The position numbers were made by a program, and so were the translations under genes. DNA of 64,000 nucleotides from Nitrosopumilaceae archaeon (GTDB lineage Archaea; Thermoproteota; Nitrososphaeria; Nitrososphaerales; Nitrosopumilaceae): NCBI GenBank assembly GCA_965214835.1, contig CBDCCK010000002.1, positions 2,784,001 through 2,848,000 on the forward strand. The letters are read 5' to 3'. Below the pieces are notes generated by a model. The model was given only the letters and a program-made list of their open reading frames with translations. It did not search any database and was not told the DNA's origin. Shown piece after piece: positions 58,492 through 64,000 of the stretch; position 1 is the first letter of the stretch, and each line of letters starts with the position of its first letter.

Positions 58492-58635
58492 AGCTACGGT
58501 AGCTCACCCCCCCCCCAAGCGATCAGGGGAACTTTGGCAGGGGTGCCCTGCCCCATGACAACATGTAAGTCATTCATTCTGATGTCATGGTTAAATCGAG
58601 TGTGATTATTAAAGATATTGAAACCTCTTAGCCTG

Positions 58636-59071
58636 TGTCTCATATGATAATTAGTTCCGCCTAACATTTGTATCCTTCTCCATCCATTTGGGGTCGCTTT
58701 TCCTGATCGCTTCTGTGGCCTCCCTTGCCGAGAAGGCCATCCTGGGCATCTCGGCACGCCCCATGTCAAGCGACCAGTGCGTCCTGCGCTCGTTGTAGAA
58801 CTCGATGAACTCGTCGACCGTCTAAGTGCGTCAGCTCCTTCTCAAGCGTCCTGAACCACCTCTCCAGCTTGCCGTTGGTCTGGGGGTGGTGCGGACGCGA
58901 GTTGAGCAGGACGATGTTGCGCTCTAGCAGCTCGTCCTCAAACAGCGTGGGCGTCCAGCTGCCCCTGGGGGTGCCGCGCCTGGCCGGCGTAAAGAGCTGC
59001 CGTTGTCAGAGAGTATCTGGGCCGGCGTCCCGAATTGCCTGATGGCCTTGCGCAGCACCGGCACTGCATTC
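58636..59071 (-). mobile_element. IS481-family 3' remnant
   Basis: TIR TGTCTCATATGATAATTAG; ILSDNG, SRPHHPQTNGKLERWF; truncated by IS66 element A. Confidence 0.8.
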
Positions 59072-60002
59072 GTACAACTTCAGGTCCTTTTTATACTGAC
59101 AGTCAAACATTTTTGGGCAGCATCTTATGATCAGATGCCCCTGCGAACATGGCTGAACATCAGACATTTGTGATCAGACATTGTAGGTTTGGAATTTACG
59201 GGAGTGACATAATATCGGCATCTTGGTCAAAGAATTTCGATGGAAATCTTTTTTGATCTTGCCTGTCTGATGTAACATATGGACTCCAAAGCCGTGCTTG
59301 CACGCTGTACGGATCCTGGAAAGGCACTTGTCATGATCATAGAGCAGGATGAGAAGATCTCCGGGCTGGAAAAAGAACTCTCTATTGTCAAGAAGGAGAA
59401 TGCGGATGTCAAGAAGGAGAATGCTGAGCTTCAGGCAAGGCTTGCCCTGTACGAGAGTCCCAACATGCCCACGTCCACGCCGTCATTATACAATGATGCC
59501 AGAAAAAAGTTCAGGGAGAAAAGGGGCGAGGATCCCGGAGGCAGTCCCGGCGATGCGGCCAGGGGCAAGAAACGCGGCCCTCCGTGCGGACACCATGGTA
59601 CATCGCACGGCAACCGGCCATCCATGACATTAAGGTACGATCTTGATTTCAAAATATGCCCAAAGTGCAACATCCAGTTACGGATGCTCAAGCCGATCCA
59701 CAAGCTTGTCAACGACCTGGACGGCTCCATGCGCATGATTACTGCCAATGCCATCATCCAAAACGCGGTGTGTCCACAGTGCAATACCGTGCATGTCGCA
59801 GCTACCCCGTTTCTAGGCGGCACGTCACTTGGGCCCGTCTCACTCTCTCTAATCATGATGTTCTTTGAGAAGGGAAGCATAGACGAGGACATTGCAGAGT
59901 ACTTTCAGTAGTAATAGGTTAGCCCCTGCCTAGAGTTAAAGTCACACCCACCGTCTTTTCAGGCATGAAAATCACAACTGCAGGCAGATTAGTGCAGGAT
60001 TG

Positions 60003-61634
60003 CTAGGGGCAGACGACCACGTACCCGGGGTTTCCGACCAGCGCGTCCCTGATCATGTCCGTAACGTTGCACCCCCGGAGGCGCCATGTCTCGATGCACG
60101 TCAACATGTTACCGAACATCTTCTGTCCGTCTTTTGTCCGCAGTCCGAACCGTATCTTGCGCGCGATCACGCCGGGCCTCAGCGTGCGCTCTGCCAGGTT
60201 GTTGGTGGGATCCATCCCAGGACGCGTCGTAAACGTGTAGAGAAACTCCGAGGCGTTGTCAATCTTTGTGGCACAGCTGTCACATCCTTCCTTCCTGTAT
60301 GTGGCGGCAATCTCGCGTGTTTCTGCCACCCGACTGTCGTGCTGCCTGGCAGCCTCCTCCGGCGGCCCCGGCCCCTTGGCGCAATGCATCTGCCACTTGA
60401 GGCGCTCGCCTGCGGCGCGAACCTCCGGGGAGTCCGTTTTCTCGCTTTGGGCATCTGCCTCCCGGATTATGTGGGCCCAGCACCGCTGCCTGTTCCTGCC
60501 AAAGAACTTGTCGTATCCGGGGTATCCGTCAGTCACCCCGACTCTGGGCACGTATGAAAAGTGCTCATCCAGTACGGATGCCCTCCTGCTGTCAGTTGCC
60601 ACCATGTGCGCGCCGACGGCATTGCCGTCCTTGACGCCCACTGCCACCCACATGTAGCCGCTCTTGCCGTCGTATGGCATCCCCGTCTCGTCCATGTGGA
60701 CGTGGTCGCATCCTGCAATGTCTTTTTTGATGTCCTCCACGCACGGATCAAGCTTCTTTGTAACGGTCTTGAGGCAGTTCTGTATCATCGCCTTGCTTAC
60801 ATCAATTTTAAAGATCTCCTTTACGATGCGCCTGATCGAGCCGACGGATGCCGGCATGGTGTACAGGGTGCCGATATAGGAGGCAATGTTGGGTCCAAAC
60901 TCGGTGCCCGGAACGACCAGCCCGCCCCCGTTTGTCGTGGTGATGGCGCCGCACTTGCGGCACTTGCGGCGGGTAAAGTAGTGCTGTGTCGTGACCGGCT
61001 CTGGGATCTCTGGAATGTCAGTAGCCATCCTAGTTCCGGCGGGAACCGGATCTGTCAGGTCGCGCCCGTTGCACGCGCCGCACATGTCAGGCACGTGGTT
61101 CATTTCCCGGGTCGGTGTTCTCCTGTGTGATATGCCCTCGTGTCCGGGCCTGCGGCCCGGCCTTGTAGGTGCCCTTCCAGATGCCCCTGCCGCGGCTGCT
61201 GCCTTTTTCTGCCTGGTCGGAATCGAGTTCTGCGAGGAGGGGCTGTGCGGGTTCTCATAATATGTGATGCGTTGTTTGAACTGCTTGATTTGTGCTGTCT
61301 GCGTCGCGATTTGCGCGGCAGAGACGGCATTGTCAGATTTGCGTCCCGCCTTCTCAGCGGCAAGCTCCTCCCGTGTCCTCTGATGTTCCTTCTGCTCCTT
61401 CTGAAGCTTGCCTTGCGTCCTCTGATGTTCCTTCTGCTCCTTCTGAAGCTTGCCTTGCGTCCTCTGATGTTCCTTCTGCTCCTTCTGAAGCTTGCCTTGC
61501 GTCCTCTGATGTTCCTTCTGCTCCTTCTGAAGCTTGCCTTGCGTCCTCTGATGTTCCTTCTGCTCCTTCTGAAGTTCCGCTTTTTCGCGGGCAAGCTCAT
61601 TGCATAGTTCCTTGAATTCCGAGGCTGTAGGCAT
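60003..61634 (-). CDS. IS66-family transposase with an expanded coiled coil
   Basis: HMDETG, TDGYPGY, QRCWAHIIR, PTNNLAERTLR; probable ATG at 61634. Confidence 0.92.
   Translation of the reverse strand: MPTASEFKELCNELAREKAELQKEQKEHQRTQGKLQKEQKEHQRTQGKLQKEQKEHQRTQGKLQKEQKEHQRTQGKLQKEQKEHQRTREELAAEKAGRKSDNAVSAAQIATQTAQIKQFKQRITYYENPHSPSSQNSIPTRQKKAAAAAGASGRAPTRPGRRPGHEGISHRRTPTREMNHVPDMCGACNGRDLTDPVPAGTRMATDIPEIPEPVTTQHYFTRRKCRKCGAITTTNGGGLVVPGTEFGPNIASYIGTLYTMPASVGSIRRIVKEIFKIDVSKAMIQNCLKTVTKKLDPCVEDIKKDIAGCDHVHMDETGMPYDGKSGYMWVAVGVKDGNAVGAHMVATDSRRASVLDEHFSYVPRVGVTDGYPGYDKFFGRNRQRCWAHIIREADAQSEKTDSPEVRAAGERLKWQMHCAKGPGPPEEAARQHDSRVAETREIAATYRKEGCDSCATKIDNASEFLYTFTTRPGMDPTNNLAERTLRPGVIARKIRFGLRTKDGQKMFGNMLTCIETWRLRGCNVTDMIRDALVGNPGYVVVCP
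61375..61575 (-). repeat. 42-bp perfect tandem repeat (QKEQKEHQRTQGKL, about 4.7 copies)
   Basis: Directly visible in the sequence. Confidence 0.9.
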
Positions 61635-61854
61635 GTATTTCCCGGGTAATGATAGTTTATAGATCAGGTGGTCAGAAAAAATCAACTAGGCAGGGGCTAA
61701 CCTATTACTTTCAGTATATGTTTGGATTCAAGATGGCCCCAAATACCGTGACTGCCGCCCGGCACGCAGTGGCAGAGGCACTCCGGCAAAACATGATACA
61801 ATGCATACAGACATTCATTGCGGGCAGGCCGTGGATACAGATGGACGAGACCGG

Positions 61855-62939
61855 AGAAGCAATCCGTAATTAAATTACGAGTGGCAGGTTGCAGTTGTTT
61901 TCTGCCGTGTTTTTCAGGCCACAGCGGCTATCCGTTCCAGTATCCTCAGGTTGACCAGCCCGCACACGATACTGTTGGCCAGATCGTACTTTCTGAGCCT
62001 GTTTCTGTACTTGTAGCTCATTATCTTGAATGTCTTGACCCTGCGTATGCCATTCTCCACGTACACCCGTATCTTTGAGTGTGTTCTGTTGTACTCTTTT
62101 TCATCGTCGGTCAGCTTGCCGCCAGGACTCTTCTTGATTGGAAGTATAACCTTCGTCCCTGCATCGATGTGCTGCGCACCCTGGTATCCGCGATCCATAT
62201 AGTGCCGCAGCTCCTCGCCGTCCTCCTCACCGCTCCAGAACGTGGGATGCTTCATCTGGTATATCTTGACGTCGTTTACGCGCCCCGGCGAGTGCGGGGT
62301 CTTGTGCACTATGGCACCGTGTATGTTGACCGTATACTGGACCTTGGCCGTGTGCGTGCCTGCCTTGCCCGAATAGTGCGACTTTTCCATGTCCTTTCTC
62401 TTGGGCCTGTTTGTGGGCTGCTCGGAGGCGTCAGTCAGGCACACCATCCCCGGGAAGATCTCGGCCAGCTCCTCGACTGAGGAGATCCTCTTGGAGTCCT
62501 TGTAAATCTTCTCGGGGATCGGCAGGCATTGTTTTAGCAGGGGCTCAGTCAGGCTTATGGAGCGCGAGACCGACGCCTGTCCTATACCGAACATGGCGCC
62601 AGCCACGTCCTGGGAGACGTACGTCCTGTAGTAGAACAAGACCAGCAGTACGCGGTTCCTCAGATCCAGGGCAAAGGGCCTGCCTGCGCCTATATCCCGC
62701 ACACGGTCGGGCCTTGAGAGCCTCTTCTTCTCGGTATCTGGAAATTTCTTTTGCACCTCGGTACACAGCTGGTCAAACTCTGCCTCGGTCATTCCTGCAA
62801 ACATCCGGAACGTCCGTGGGTTTTTTGTCAGTCTATCGATCAAACACATGACTTGTACATGGTTTTACAGGTATTTTGATCCGTCAGGCATAGATTAGTG
62901 CCCAAGTGGGTCAAAATCTGCTAATTAAGAATCGCTTCT
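61855..62939 (-). mobile_element. IS5-family element, copy 3
   Basis: 3-bp TSD CGG, verified against the uninterrupted sequence at about 40807. Confidence 0.95.
61914..62849 (-). CDS. IS5-family transposase
   Basis: Protein identical to copy 1. Confidence 0.93.
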   Translation of the reverse strand: MCLIDRLTKNPRTFRMFAGMTEAEFDQLCTEVQKKFPDTEKKRLSRPDRVRDIGAGRPFALDLRNRVLLVLFYYRTYVSQDVAGAMFGIGQASVSRSISLTEPLLKQCLPIPEKIYKDSKRISSVEELAEIFPGMVCLTDASEQPTNRPKRKDMEKSHYSGKAGTHTAKVQYTVNIHGAIVHKTPHSPGRVNDVKIYQMKHPTFWSGEEDGEELRHYMDRGYQGAQHIDAGTKVILPIKKSPGGKLTDDEKEYNRTHSKIRVYVENGIRRVKTFKIMSYKYRNRLRKYDLANSIVCGLVNLRILERIAAVA

Positions 62940-64000
62940 CGGCTTTAAGCGCGGCGACGGACACACGGGGTACGTCTGGGTGCTCAACTGTGCGGGGGCG
63001 TGCTTTGTGGTCTTTGCAGATTCCCGGTCCTCTGAGGTACTGCACACGCACTTTGGATGGCTGGATCCCAGGGTTCCCACAGTCGTCGACGGGCTGGCCC
63101 AGTACAAGCTGTTCTTTGAGATAATCCAGAGGTGCTGGAGGCACCTTCTGGCGTATGCAGAAAAGCTTGCAGTAAAGATGCCCGAAGGCGATGATGGGAA
63201 AAGGTATGACTTGCTGCTGGAATTTTACAGGGAGGTAAAAAAGATCAAAGACGCTTGCGTCGCTTACATACATGGAGCTTTCAAGGGAGGCATACAAAAT
63301 AATCAGCCCGTATGAGGACGATCACGTGCGTACACACCTGCTAAACGCCATACCCAACATGTTTACGTTTCTAGCGCGTCCGGGAATGCCGCCGCACAAC
63401 AACGATACGGAGCGATGCATACGCGACGGGATCATACCACAGCGCAATGCGCGCCACAAGATCGTAACTGACGGGGGAAGAAAGACGGCTTCTGCGCTGC
63501 TGACGTTCTCGATGACATGCCGCAAGCAAAACATACATCCTGCCGGTGGACTCTTGAAATACCTGCGGGATCCGGGCTGGGATATCTTTGCAGGGGCCAA
63601 GGATGACGCGCACCTGCTGTCCTCGCTTGTCAATACGGACGGTACAAGATACAGTGTCTTTGAGTGTCCCGGGCCGCCGCCGGTGTGGCCGCCTGCAGCA
63701 GGTGCAGGCAAGGGGGCGGTACGCTGGAACCAGACGGCCGTCGTACCCGTAGCCCCGATGGCACTTTGATCCGTCTGGCGCCTACGGGACGGCGTAACCC
63801 GTAGCCTCATATCGAAGGATCCGGCTGAATCTGCCAGTCAACGGCACCGAATGCAACAGTTTCTGATTGCCTGCAGGTGCCGTCTGTCAATGTGTTGCCT
63901 GCACGGCGCCGGTTCTGGCATGTACAAAGGATGTGTGGTGATGCAACGGGTCTGTCACAACGGATGCGGAAGGATCAAAAAGTTCCGGACAAAAAGTTCC

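Larger units (their letters stand above)
59911..61708 (-). mobile_element. IS66-family single-ORF element B (1798 bp)
   Basis: Perfect 23-bp TIR GTAATAGGTTAGCCCCTGCCTAG; 8-bp TSD TTTCAGTA. Confidence 0.93.
59072..64000 (+). mobile_element. IS66-family element A, copy 2, carrying two nested IS; right end beyond the window
   Basis: Near-identical to 39833-41899 once 59911-61708 and 61855-62939 are removed. Confidence 0.92.

Noticed and set aside
854-63810. Numerous overlapping or antisense ORFs in the six-frame track
   Set aside because: Shadows of GC-rich real genes with no recognisable motifs

Overview
Chromosomal window from an ammonia-oxidising archaeon (Thaumarchaeota/Nitrosopumilaceae-like; host association is an inference from the IS load, pseudogenes and giant repetitive surface proteins). 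A conserved backbone (parvulin, Hef helicase, dCMP deaminase, PolB, PPDK, HTH-CBS, methylmalonyl-CoA epimerase/mutase/MeaB, M1 aminopeptidase) is broken up by many intact, nested and degraded IS elements (IS5, ISH3, IS66-like, IS481, IS3, IS6) and four families of 80-120-bp MITEs, many with readable target-site duplications (TSDs). Two observations stand out. (1) At four unrelated sites a 36(-38)-bp genomic segment is perfectly duplicated around a unique 36-38-bp insert. This is the geometry of CRISPR spacer acquisition, here occurring off-array in a promoter, two pseudogenes and an intergenic region; no cas genes are in the window. (2) An IS6-family compound element carries a tRNA with a serine-type body (long variable arm, G73) but a GAA (Phe) anticodon, next to an AbrB-like gene and a methyltransferase. 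Also present: tpiA destroyed by fusion to a methyltransferase, poly-G/C frameshifts, and two giant LVIVD/Ig-repeat surface proteins. All family assignments come from motif recognition by eye, without database searches.
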